63,979 nucleotides of DNA, filler included, from Diploschistes diacapsis (GCA_023645945.1; 27 parts of 27 records of this genome joined end to end with filler, not necessarily neighbours in it), one strand, 5' to 3'; counted from the whole stretch's first letter, positions 1 to 11,622 are shown. Program-made: numbers and translations. The notes: a model not told the origin generated them from the letters alone.

Positions 1-687
1 TATTAGCTCAATTATCTATCATACCCGAAAAGTGCACATTGATTATGTCAGCAGTTATTCTTTGAAAGCGAATTAAAAACAACGACTCGAAAACACGTAT
101 TGTTTTATCTTTCAAAGTCGGTCATAACGCAGCAAAAAATATGTTTTTTAAATATATTATTATAAGCGATATCATGCGTAGACTTTAATAAAAATATTAA
201 AAAACGTTTTTTCGACGTTATACAGTCGTTATGTGGTCTTATTCTTTAAAATCAATAGATTTGAAACATCTTAATAAACGACGGCTAGTTTTCGTTTAGT
301 CTAAAATGACTGAAAAATGATGGAAAACGTTACACAACTACTGTATAACGTCAAAAAAACGTTTTTATTTTATTTGTATTGAAGTCTACGCATGAAATCG
401 CATATAAGGATATATTCAAAAAAAAAATTTCTGCTGTGTTAAGACCGAATTTAAAAGATAAAATAATACGTGTTTTTAAGTCGTTATTTTCAATTCACTT
501 TAAAAAAATAACTGCTGACATAATCAATGTGCACTTCTCAGGTATGTTAGAAGATTGAATTAAGAGTCATTTTTCGAAAAAAAATCAAAAATAACGATCA
601 AATTCGAAGAGTTATTAAAGATTTTAAAATATTTCTTGGCAAAAGTGGCCGAGCTTTGGGGGTGGCCAAGCTGACCGTCAAACACGT
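1..687. mobile_element. Non-autonomous foldback MITE (pogo/Fot1-like, family A), left end truncated by contig start
   Basis: About 1-230 is an imperfect inverted repeat of about 330-560. The right end ...CCGTCAAACACGT is followed by TA (688-689). The matching left end TA|ACGTGTTTGACGG occurs at 33979. ACGT termini with a TA target are typical of Fot1/Pot-type elements. Confidence 0.75.
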
Positions 688-689
688 TA

Positions 690-1526
690 CGGTTAAAATT
701 ACATTTATCGTGATACTGGAATCGATTAAAGCTCGTATAATTTATCGATTCGGTTCAATCTTAGGAATGATTTAGATTCTTTATCATTCTAAAACCTTTG
801 TGTTCGCGTTTATAATAACGGCATATAGCTTTCTAATATAACTCATAACTGAAAAGCCTCGACTTTTTTCATAATATCTTTATTAATAAGGTAAAAGAAT
901 CTATATTTATATTATTTATAATTTTTGACTTTATAATATCGTTTATTTTTCTATACGTATTCGGGGTAAATAAGATTTTTTTTAGATATTTCTATTTTAT
1001 ACGTAATATCTTCCCGAAGCTTCCAGTCGTAATATATCGGGATTATATAATACTTATCGCTATACTTATTTAATAAATAAAAGAACGTATATTTAGGATA
1101 TGCGTATCTTTCGTACAGACACGTGTTGTAAGCGTAATAATTTTTTTTCGTAATAACTTCATCTTTTTACAGAAATGATAGTTTTGTTCTTCGTTTTCCT
1201 TTCTGCTATTATTGATGATTAAGATAATTAATTGTGTCGCAGGCGTACACGAAATTGTGATTTTAATACTATATCTTTTATAATGTTTTCTCGAAATAGG
1301 TTTTAAATATAATGTTAATAACGAGTTTCTCGTATAAAACTTAAGCTATACTATCGTGTCGTTCAAGTTTGCATTTAAAATCTTTATATTCGTTAAATAT
1401 CGAATAATCCGGGTTTTCGCGATCGTTAATAACGAGTACCTTTCTTTAATATATTTCTATTTCTTAATATAACGATCATTAATATAGAATTCGTAGGATA
1501 CATCTTTATTTAAATTATTATTTAAA
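690..1526 (-). mobile_element. RIP-degraded Ty3/Gypsy gag-protease fragment
   Basis: Minus strand near 700-740 reads ALIDSSITINVI, a RIP version of the aspartic protease motif ALIDSGA. A homologous copy lies on + at about 7250-7480. Confidence 0.55.
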
Positions 1527-1626
1527 NNNNNNNNNNNNNNNNNNNNNNNNNNNNNNNNNNNNNNNNNNNNTTAATTAATTAANNNNNNNNNNNNNNNNNN
1601 NNNNNNNNNNNNNNNNNNNNNNNNNN
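1527..1626. other. Artificial contig-joining spacer (first of 26 identical 100-nt spacers)
   Basis: 44 N + TTAATTAATTAA (stops in all six frames) + 44 N. Others start at 3153, 4777, 6401, 8025, 9648, 11271, 33238, 34860, 36482, 38104, 39725, 41345, 42965, 44584, 46202, 47820, 49438, 51055, 52672, 54289, 55906, 57522, 59138, 60753 and 62368. Confidence 0.99.
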
Positions 1627-3252
1627 GTTCCGTACCTCACAAACGGGATGCTTACCCCCGGGCAGCCAATGACCATGTGCTCATGGGTCGAGCAAAAAAG
1701 CTCATCTGTAAAAAAGTGCCGAATCTCGCCCCCTCATTCGCAGACATGCTCAGCCTTACTGCACCATCGAGCAGGTCGTACTGATAATCAACCTGGCAAC
1801 TACGTCTGGCCTTTCACTGAATCAGCGTTTCGTATACTCCTGCTCCGCTTATAGCACTTTTGCTCGCGTCCAAGCGCGCAAATGAGACCACAGTCTCGAA
1901 TTTTCATTGCTGATTGGAAGGCTCCCATGATTTCTCTTCAAGCCATGCCAAACAAGCGAGATCGGCAGGTAAACTATCTGTGTGCTTTCAACAGCGTCGC
2001 ACCAAGCGCTGCATGGAAAAGCAACGACGACTGCCCCCATGGATACGATGACATGACCCCCTTGGACCAAAACCCCCGCGAGCGCTGTTACAGGACCATC
2101 GGCGAAGGTTCGCTGGCCGTGTCCAGTCTCTTTCCTCAATCAAGGACTGACTTTAGACATGCATGCTATTGCCCGAGAAAAGGAAAGTACTCGGGAGCCG
2201 CTGCCCAACATTCTGGGTTTCTGCGGCGATTCATGCCTTCAAAACGGGCCGACCTGTGTCGCCGGCGTGGCCGAAACTTAGAAATCGCCGAGTGTTGAAG
2301 TTTTGCCCCTCGGGTGGGACTTGTAGAGCAGTGCAATTGGTCGATGGGTTGCCGACGACGGGCGGAGGAGGAAGCCGTGCCGAAGGTGCATGAAGAAGTT
2401 GAGATGGGGGGTTTGCTGCAGACTCGGGTATATGCAGCACCTATGCAGCCTATAAACTACTTGTGCTGAAGCACGAGTCGTCTGAAGATGTCTCGTATCC
2501 AACCATCTCACTCCACATCTCCTATCCTTGACAAAGGATACGTTAGAAGCCCGACTTGGATTGCTGTAGATAGCACAACAGTTTCGAATAGGGGCAAGGG
2601 ACAAGCATGCAGATGAAACTGAGGGGCATTGGGGGAAGAGATTGATATTGCTCGCTAAACGACCTGGTAGTTCATCAGAAGACTGGCATAAGCAAGGCTG
2701 CAGGAGAATGTCGCGCATACAGACCACTGACCACAGAAGTCCATACCTACCTACCTCCCCTCCAGCTGCACGTTACTCTGGTGGAAAAGGTAGATTGTCG
2801 AAGGTCCCGCCCCAGCTTGACCGTTGAGTGGCGGCCGCCCGCTCTTGACGGGGCTTGCATGGGAGCACACCATCTTCTTCGACCGCCGGCGTGCCAGGGC
2901 AAAACCCCCTGTCCGATCAATGTCCAGGTCGAGCTTCTTCATGGGCAAGATAGAAAAAACGTACAAAGACAGAAGAGAAAAAAAGGGGGTGTGTGTGCAT
3001 GCGGAGTAGATAGAATCCTGTAACAAGTGAGAACCAATCGGAATAGTACGAAAGTTCAATCCCTGAAAGAAAGCCCCGAGTTTGAGTTTTACGTCAGCTC
3101 TCGTGCGTGCCTCGCACCGGGATCCGGGTAATGGCGTGGGCCGAAATCACCCNNNNNNNNNNNNNNNNNNNNNNNNNNNNNNNNNNNNNNNNNNNNTTAA
3201 TTAATTAANNNNNNNNNNNNNNNNNNNNNNNNNNNNNNNNNNNNNNNNNNNN

Positions 3253-3794
3253 ATATTACGCACGAGGTCGAATTAATTTCGTACGATTTATAAATCTTTA
3301 ATTAATGTTTTCTAATAATCGATTTTACGTTAAAATCGTATTTTTAACGTTTTTTATTTTCGTACGAAATTTTGTGCCTATCGTAATCCGATCGGTAGCG
3401 TATTTCGAGCTACGCGTATTAAATTGGTTATATCGCGTATATCGTTCTATCGCGACGGAAAATTATATTCGATCAAATTAATCGTACGTTTAAAAATTGT
3501 CTCCTCTTCTAACACGATTAAATTTATTAAATTAATTAAGATATCGTATTTTAAAATCTGAATATCGCGTCGAGCAATAAACGTTGTACGAAAAATCTTA
3601 TATATCTAAAATACGCTTTTTATATTAAGATTTGGGTCTTGTTGGATAGCCTGAAATGCCATTTTAATTTTGTTTTTAAATAAAAATAATTCCATAATCG
3701 TACGCGTAGAAAATTGATACAAAAGTTGAAAGTTCATAAAATCGGGTGGCGGATGTCCGCTCGCTATGAGTGTCCGCTCGCTATGCATATACGT
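3253..3794 (-). mobile_element. Fot1/pogo DNA transposon 5' end with RIP-degraded transposase N-terminus
   Basis: TIR with a doubled GTCCGCTCGCTAT unit ends ACGT|TA at 3794. The minus strand reads MELF...MAFQAIQQDPNLNIK...IYKIFRTT, similar to the Fot1 HTH N-terminus. The same TIR occurs at 47238. Confidence 0.75.
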
Positions 3795-3852
3795 TATAAG
3801 GATATTTTATTATAAAAACCGTATATATGTCTTAAAAGACGACGGTATTAGA

Positions 3853-4776
3853 TGTTACAATCCAAGTACCAGACTTGGCACGTCCCAGCTTTGTTGTATA
3901 TAGGTCAGTCACGGGACAGGAGTCACGTGATATGCTCGATGCTCACGCTTATTCTTGTGAGCGGCGAGCGGGTTTCGCCACCGCTCGATAGTCGCGTTTA
4001 TTCTCGTGAACGGCGAGCCTCGAAAACACCGCTCGCTAAATTTATAATAAACGGCGAGCGAGCTGGTTATATATAAGCACGGCTTTATTTTCGTGAAAAA
4101 AGATATATTCATTTTTATAAACATCCTTAATTATTATTCGGGATCAATTTATATTCGTTATTTTTATTATTAAAGAGCCTTCTTTCAAGAAATAATCTAA
4201 GATCTATAACTGTTTTACCTTTTTTTCTTATTTATATTCTTCTTCTAATAGAGATTAAATTTATCTTGATTTTACTCGTGTATATTTTATATAGATAAAG
4301 ATTATAACACTTAAATATCTTTAAAAATAAATATTTTAAATAATATAACCGGGCGATCGTTATCGATAACTAAATCCGTATTATTTCGAGTATTTAAGGT
4401 AATAACGCCACTAAATAAAACCGATATCTTAATAACGGATACTACGGAAGCTAAAGGTGACGACCTCGGAAGTAACGATGAACCCGACGGAAATAAATTA
4501 TATAATAAATCTATTATAAAAGCTATAAAATTAATAACGTTTTCTAAAAACCGAAAGAAATTAAAACATTAAATATTTTAATTCTTAATATATTTCTATT
4601 AAAACCCGTATATTATAAACGATTAAGAAAAACGGACCGTTTTTATCGCCGGATTCATACGTAACCGCGTATTAATATAAATAAAACCCTATCTCGACGT
4701 ATATTTAAAAAATTAAAAAAATAATTATAAAATATTTAAAAATTTCGTAAGATTTAAAAAATAAGTCCAATTAACC
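3853..4776 (+). mobile_element. Gypsy element 5' end: LTR family 1 (3853-4309) followed by RIP-degraded gag
   Basis: LTR starts TGTTAC and ends ATAACA. Copies lie at 34410, 46302 and 48232. The downstream sequence matches the less-mutated gag start at 35977-35500 (minus strand). Confidence 0.8.
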
Positions 4777-4876
4777 NNNNNNNNNNNNNNNNNNNNNNNN
4801 NNNNNNNNNNNNNNNNNNNNTTAATTAATTAANNNNNNNNNNNNNNNNNNNNNNNNNNNNNNNNNNNNNNNNNNNN

Positions 4877-6108
4877 ATCGATAAGATGTTAATTATTTTT
4901 CGCCATTAAGAAATGCGAATCCCGGATATCTTTTGATATCGATAAATTAGCGTAATAGGAAGCTATTACTCGCACAAACAAATAATCGAGATATTATTAC
5001 CATCGCCGAAACCATATAAAACATTTAAAACTTCATAAAGCGATATATGGCCTTAATATAAAAATAATAGAAGCGATACGCGGACGAGCACTAACGTCTC
5101 GTTAAAAAGATTAATTCCGGTGATTCAATTTAGTTAAACATACGTAATATTAAAACTACCCGAGCCTATAAAAAGCTAAATAATAAATAAGACGACCCTT
5201 ATAACGTGCTACGAAAGCTAAATGACGTCGATTATAAACTAAGTCTATTAACGTCGATAAAATAATTCAAAACTTTTTAATCGTTTTTGCTTTTAAAAGA
5301 CCCACGGGACCCTTTAAAGGGACAAGAGCATCTTAGACTATTTTCAATAGAAATAAAAGCCGGAGAAGAATAAGAGGTCGAAAAGATCCTCGACGCAAAA
5401 AAAGGCCCCGGAAGAAGACTAAACTAGGCTGGCCGTTTCGTGCCACGGACACTGACAAGGACACCGCAACAAAAATTTTCTCGGCACGGACACTGACACG
5501 GATATTACACTGCAGTGAAAGCACGAATACGGACACCGCAGCAAAATTTTTTAAAACACGGACACTAACACGGACACTATATTACAATAAAAACACGAAC
5601 ACGGACACCGCAATAAAAATTTTAAAAACACGGACACTAATACGGACACTATATTTCCGTGAATTCACTAACACGGATACTACACTGTAGTAAAAGCACG
5701 AAAATACTTTTTTTTTTTTAATATTTTTAAAATTATCACGTTTATTTCTCACGTTTTTATTTTTTAAAAATTATTTTTTAAACACGGACACGGACACGGA
5801 CACCGCAATTAAAATTTTAAAAACACGGACACTGACACGGACACTGCATTTCCGTGAATCCACGGACACGGACACCGCAGCCAAAAAATCTAAAACACGG
5901 ACACTGACACTGTCAGTGTCAGTGTCAGTGACGGCCAGCCTAGGCTAAACGTCCAATATAAAGTACGTTAAATAAGATAACTAATCGATATTAACTAATA
6001 TCCCGCCACGAATTTCGAAAATACCCTTAATATCTTACGGGAGTTTTATTAACTAAATCCCGAAAAAATAAGACCCCTATAGCTAACAACGCCTAGAAAT
6101 AGACAACC
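4877..6108 (+). mobile_element. RIP-degraded chromoviral Gypsy integrase C-terminus plus chromodomain (interrupted by a hAT MITE)
   Basis: Translates to KRYADEH..., TTRAYKKLNNK*DDPY (GPY motif), DPRDPLKGQ, EE*EVEKILD and VQYKVR*...*YPATNFEN. An uninterrupted paralog lies at about 48700-49437 (minus). Confidence 0.8.
5425..5942 (+). mobile_element. hAT-type MITE (family B), complete copy
   Basis: Termini TAGGCTGGCCGT...ACGGCCAGCCTA with many internal ACACGG subrepeats. Flanked by an 8-bp duplication GACTAAAC/GGCTAAAC that appears only once at the corresponding empty site in the paralog (about 49060). Confidence 0.8.
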
Positions 6109-6300
6109 CACCATCACGAAAATTTTTGTCGGCGAAACACCGCGAAAATCCGCGAAGTTAGCGAAACTGGCGAAACCGGCAAGGTGGGCGACAGATAATG
6201 CGTTCAAGCGACTCGCCAACTTTCGCCAAAAGGTTTGGCAAAACACAGCAAAACTGGCGAAACTGGCGAAAACCGGCGAAGATGGCGAGGCCAATCTTTT
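6109..6300 (+). mobile_element. Unclassified element end with GGCGAAA subterminal repeats
   Basis: Begins CACCATCACG exactly where homology to the host Gypsy paralog stops. GGCGAAA units are repeated. A reverse copy of GGCGAAGATGGCGAGGCCAATC lies at about 10612-10655. Confidence 0.5.
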
Positions 6301-6789
6301 TTTTACTAATATATTACGTAAGCAAAAAAATTAATAAATATAATATAATATAATATTAATATTAATATTAATAATCATAATAATTAATTAATAATTATAT
6401 NNNNNNNNNNNNNNNNNNNNNNNNNNNNNNNNNNNNNNNNNNNNTTAATTAATTAANNNNNNNNNNNNNNNNNNNNNNNNNNNNNNNNNNNNNNNNNNNN
6501 ATATTAGAAATTGAAATAATAACGATATAAATCGAGTTAACCATTTAATCTATTTTAATAAATAAAAAAAGAATCATAAAAGTGGCTCTAAAAGATTAGA
6601 ATAAAAAAAGGAGAAATAATTATAAGATTAAGTAAGAAGCATATCAATAGTCGGATAAGCGGCATTCAGGGTCTTGGCTTGCGGGTACTTAAAAGGGGAT
6701 TTTGCCCTTCTTACTCTCTCCTCTTCTTTAGTAATTAGTCCTAGCATGAATCTGCCCTGCGTGCAGCCATCTTGCTACATTGTCGTATT

Positions 6790-6985
6790 CCACCCTTTAC
6801 AGCTACTTTATAGACTTTTATCCTCATAAGATACGCTAAACCCTACTACTTATACTATTCCTTATTCGGTCTAGTTAGAATTCCAAGAAGTTCAGCTGAA
6901 CTGAACCTCGGAGTTCAACTGAACTGAACTTCCTTTTAGAACTTAGTTATATTCTTAATCATGCCTTCTGCCTGTTTGCTCAACA
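6790..6985 (-). mobile_element. Copia LTR family 2, partial
   Basis: Reverse complement of TGTTGAGCA(G/A)ACAGGCAGAAGGCATG..., matching 7532-7771 and 9139-9377. Confidence 0.75.
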
Positions 6986-7531
6986 GAAAGCTTATTAATT
7001 TAAAATAAAAAAAATCGTCACGTTAAAGTTTTATTTCGCTTTTAAAACGTGTCGGATTAAAAGATACGATTATTTTAATTACGCGATCACGTGTTTAGCA
7101 AATTACTGCCGCGATAAGCATTATATGATTTTAGTTTATCACGATTGGAAACTATAAACCGACATAACCCGAAAACTTAATTTATTTAACGAAAACTTAA
7201 TGTATTGAAAGTATATACGACAAAATTATCGGTTCTATAAAACAGCGAGTTATAAATATTATAATAAGGGTTTCTATCCTATTAATAAATTTATTATAGA
7301 AAAAGCTAGAGTTTTTTAATAATAAGCTAAATTAAAAAGCTATATGTTATAAACATAAGCGCCGGCACAACGACTTTAAATCAAAAAAAAATCTAAATTA
7401 CTTTCGAAATTAAACAGGATCGACACGCCGTGCGAGTATTAATCGATCTAGAAACTATAATAAATACCATCTCAACCTCTTATACACGCCGGTTAAAGAT
7501 GAAGAATTGCGAACTAAAACAGAAATACATA
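6986..7531 (+). mobile_element. RIP-degraded Gypsy gag-protease fragment
   Basis: Homologous to the reverse complement of 690-900. VLIDLETIIN is a degraded protease motif. Confidence 0.5.
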
Positions 7532-8024
7532 TGTTGAGCAGACAGGCAGAAGGCATGGCTGGGAGTTCGACTGAGTTCCAGTCTGGGGTTCAGTTCAGCT
7601 GAACTCCGAGGTTCAGTTTAGCTGAACCTCCTGGGATTCTGACTAGATCGATCGGGAATAATGTTGATAATAAGGCTTAGCGGATCCCGTAGGGTATAAA
7701 AGTCTACGTAATAAGATATTTTTATACAATAAAATCTCTAGATTTTAATATATTTATTACGTTATTAAATAAATTATAAGCCCGGATTAATTTATTCGAA
7801 TTACTTCGTATTATCAATATATTAAAGATAAATCTTTTCGATAGTTAGAACGGTTACGAACACGGGATCGAATACGTTGGCTTTATTTAAAAGACCTAAA
7901 TCGAAGAGATCCGAAAGCCTAAAATCTAAATTATAAAACCTCAAGATAAATAAATTTAAAAATAGAAGATATATTATTATAAAAGATCGCGGGACCTTAT
8001 TACGATGACAAAGAATAAGTTTAA
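7532..8024 (+). mobile_element. Copia element 5' end: LTR family 2 (7532-7771) plus PBS
   Basis: LTR TGTTGAGCAG... is followed immediately by AATTATAAGCCC, a G-to-A mutated GGTTATGAGCCC, which is the Copia-type PBS for the initiator-Met tRNA half. Confidence 0.7.
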
Positions 8025-8124
8025 NNNNNNNNNNNNNNNNNNNNNNNNNNNNNNNNNNNNNNNNNNNNTTAATTAATTAANNNNNNNNNNNNNNNNNNNN
8101 NNNNNNNNNNNNNNNNNNNNNNNN

Positions 8125-8522
8125 AAAATAATTATTAACGGACTTACGAAATTATTAAATTATTCGAAACACGACATCTTTATTAAGGGACTCGGCCTAA
8201 TCTAAAAGATATCTAATTAAATTATATAGATATATTAAACGATTCCGCCTATAAAGGAATGTTAAATAGATAAATAGAAAGTATGGCTAAAAGTTCGACT
8301 AAGTTTTAGTCGGGAGTTTAGTTCAATTGGACTCCGAGGTTTAATTTAGCTGGACTCCGAGGTTCAGTTTAGTTAAATTTTCTGGAACTCTGATTAGACC
8401 GATCGGGAGTAGTGTTAACAATAAGACTTAACGGATCCCGTAGGATATAAAAGTCTGCGCAGTAGGATATTTTCATAGGATAAGACCTCTAGACTTCAAT
8501 ATATCCATTACGTTGCTAAACA
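8125..8522 (+). mobile_element. Copia element 3' end: RNase H tail, purine tract and 3' LTR (8260-8522)
   Basis: IINGLTK...FIKGLGL is a RIP version of the Copia ADGLTKPL...GLGL end motif. A purine run precedes the TG...CA LTR. Confidence 0.75.
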
Positions 8523-8720
8523 GATCCTTTATTACTTATCGAAACTCGGCCGAATCATTACTAAACCTAATCGACTTCTTAATAACTATCGAAATTTAAC
8601 TGAATTATTAAACCATCTCGATACCTTTAATATCATCGATTTTTAATCTGTCGCCGTTAATTTTTTCGATTTCATCAATAATCATCGAAATTCAGCTGAA
8701 CCGTTACTAAATTTATCCGA
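8523..8720 (+). repeat. About 50-bp degenerate minisatellite (dispersed family D)
   Basis: Same repeat unit as 41445-42020 and, reversed, 56620-57100. Confidence 0.6.
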
Positions 8721-8738
8721 TTAGTTTCGTTTTTATTA

Positions 8739-9000
8739 ACGTGTTTCACGGGGATTCCGGCCGCCCCCAGATTCCGGCCACCTCAAATCACTACCGCCAA
8801 CATTCTACGGTTTTTAGATATAATTTGTTCGTCATCAGAATCTAATCGATCTGAATCGAATCTATTTTCTTTTTCTTTATCTTCCTCGATTTCAAAAACG
8901 CGACGACGTTTTTTACGCGTTATAGATCGTTTCGAAATTATTCGATTCGATTTAATCCGAATTATTATTTTAAAAACTTCGTTTATATTAAATATAAAAC
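8739..9000 (-). mobile_element. Fot1/pogo transposon (family C) 3' end
   Basis: TA|ACGTGTTTCACGGGGATTCCGGCC TIR with a doubled GATTCCGGCC unit. Reverse complement of about 10080-10339. Confidence 0.75.
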
Positions 9001-9138
9001 GATCTTTTAATTACTTCTAATCTAAAGAAAAGAAAATCCGTTTCGTTATATAGTCGCTACAAGATAACCTAAAATAATCGTGGTTTACGTATGAACCGAA
9101 TATTAGTTATAGAAATATTAATTAAGAATATTTTAAAC

Positions 9139-9377
9139 TGTTTGGCAACGAAACGGATATATTGAAGTCTAGAGGTCTTAACCAGGAGGTTACCCTACTT
9201 TACAGACTTTTATCCTCGTGGGATACGTTAAGCCCTACTACCTATACTATTCCTTATTCGGTCTAGTTGAAATTCCAGAAAGTTCAGCTAAACTGAACCC
9301 CGGAGTTCAGCTGAACTGAACCTCCTTCTGGAACTCAGTTATACTCTCAGCCATGCCTTCTGCCTGTCTGCTCAACA
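9139..9377 (-). mobile_element. Copia LTR family 2, full-length lightly mutated copy
   Basis: TG...CA bounded 239-bp sequence matching the other family 2 LTRs. No matching target duplication seen. Confidence 0.8.
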
Positions 9378-9747
9378 CTTATCCTAATTTTCGGTAGATA
9401 TTAAAGATAATTTTATTTATAAATAGTGGCGTCGTTTGGTTAAAAATAAATTAAGAATGAACGGAGATAGGTTTAACGGGGTCAAAAATAAGATAACGTA
9501 TATAATCTCCCGTTTTAAGTGAATAATCTTTAGTTACGTAGAAACCTTTATCGACGAAAATTCGATTAATCGAGTAATTTTTGCCGAAAATTTATTTAAA
9601 CGATTAAATAATCGATAAATAAATAAGAATGCTCGGTTAATCGTTAGNNNNNNNNNNNNNNNNNNNNNNNNNNNNNNNNNNNNNNNNNNNNTTAATTAAT
9701 TAANNNNNNNNNNNNNNNNNNNNNNNNNNNNNNNNNNNNNNNNNNNN

Positions 9748-10339
9748 GTTTTATTCGATTTATCGAACTTTTTTATTTTTATTTTATAATCTTTTTTTAA
9801 TCTCGAATTAATTCGATTTGGATTTATTCTTATTATATAACTTTTTATTAAATACGATCGAACTGCGAAAGGTTAATAAAGAATTTAATTAAACGTTGCG
9901 AGCCGTTTTAGAATTAATTAATCCGATTCGACGTTATTCGAATCGAGTAACTCGTATGTTTAAATCGACGTATATTGAGTTTATAACGTTTCGTAAAGAG
10001 AATCGAGAGTAAAAAACGTTTCTTAATAATCGTAAAAAACGTAAATTAGATAAACGAATCGAATTAAAAGGTCGTTTTATGTTTAATATAGACGAAGTTT
10101 TTAAAATAATAGTTCGGGTTAAATCGAATCGGACAGTTTTAAAACCGACTTATAACGCGTAAAAATCGTCGTCGCGTTTTTAAAATGAAAAAGGATAAAA
10201 AGAAAGAAAATAGATCCTATTTAAATCGATTAGATTCTGATTGCGACGAATAGGTTATATCTAAAAACCGTAGAATGTTGGCGGTAGTGATTTGAGGTAG
10301 CCGGAATCTGGAGGTGGCCGGAATCCCCGTGAAACACGT
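9748..10339 (+). mobile_element. Fot1/pogo transposon (family C) 3' part with right TIR
   Basis: Ends GGCCGGAATCCCCGTGAAACACGT|TA. The upstream part is RIP-degraded coding-like sequence. Confidence 0.75.
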
Positions 10340-10759
10340 TATTATTATTATCATTATTATTATTATTATTATATAAAGTATTTTCGCTAAGTTAATAAAG
10401 TATTAATAATATTGGAGTTAATTAATATTAGTGATATCGGATTTAACGGGATCTAGCAGGTACTATATATTGTCGCGAAAATATTAAGAATGGCGTATTT
10501 TATATTACGTAAGCGTGAATATTCGTGGCGTGAAAGCTTTGCGAGTTTTTAACGTTAGTTATCCGGCGCTAAATTAGCGGATTTTTTAATTTCTGATTAC
10601 GTAATAAAAATGATTGGCCTCGCCATCTTCGCCGGTTTCGCCAGTTTCGCCAGAAATTTTTTTTTGCTTGAAAACCTTTTCGTGATGTCCTTTTTTTCAA
10701 AGTTCGTCCCGACCTTACTTTATTGTCGTCTTTCTTATCGGGAATGGTTATTCTTTTAT

Positions 10760-11270
10760 TAAACAATTCAGTTCATTTCTTTAGATTTCGCGGTGATTCT
10801 AATATTTCTAAATATCGTTTATAATATACTTTCAACAATCGAAGGGATCCTTTTAAATCATTTATAAGGTATTAGACGGGATCTTTATCGTAATTCAGCC
10901 ATTTCGCTCGATAACAGAGATTCTTTTTTTAAATTTCGAAGCTAGTATTTTTTCGATCTCCTATTCTAGTTCTTTATCTATCTCGATAGAAGGTTTAGGC
11001 CCATTCCGTTGCTTCAACAGAGGATCTTGAATTACTTTTCTTAACTTATCGGGAAAAATATCGGATATAGTTTCTACTGCTTTCACAAATCTAGCATATA
11101 AATATTATCTATCTTATTAATGATCGTTTATGATTCTGATCTTTAATTATTTAGTTTCTTCGATAGCCGGTTAGTTTTCTATCCGTTTTTCGTGACATAG
11201 ACGTAATTTCCGATATTGGAGTTTTTTAATCTGAGGTGTTTATTTACCCAATTAATTTATTATTATTACG
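10760..11270 (-). mobile_element. RIP-degraded Gypsy integrase tail and chromodomain
   Basis: Minus strand reads ELE*EIEKILAS...YRAKWLNYDKDPV*Y, a chromodomain pattern. Confidence 0.65.
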
Positions 11271-11622
11271 NNNNNNNNNNNNNNNNNNNNNNNNNNNNNN
11301 NNNNNNNNNNNNNNTTAATTAATTAANNNNNNNNNNNNNNNNNNNNNNNNNNNNNNNNNNNNNNNNNNNNCCCTTGCCCCTTAGATTTCAGATTCTAGAT
11401 TTCTCCACGTCCTATATTATGGCTCCTCGAGGAGCACCGCTTGCGTAAGCAGCACTATAATGTAGGCCCCTTCCTTGTATTCGTTTCCTCCTCGGCCTGG
11501 CAAAACCCGCCACCTCTCTGGCCCATATTCTCTCTCTCTCTCTCTATCTATCCCATGCTCCCCTCTCGCCCGCTTCCCTCTTCCCTTTCTCCCATCCATT
11601 GCCCGTCGCCAATATGCCCTGC

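Noticed and set aside
1571..1582. Regularly spaced TTAATTAATTAA motifs suggesting a CRISPR-like or biological repeat array
   Set aside because: Always embedded in 44+44 N. It is a six-frame stop linker added during assembly processing.
5427..5940. Family B MITE as a Tc1/mariner element with TA duplication
   Set aside because: The empty-site comparison shows TA is part of the TIR and the duplication is 8 bp.
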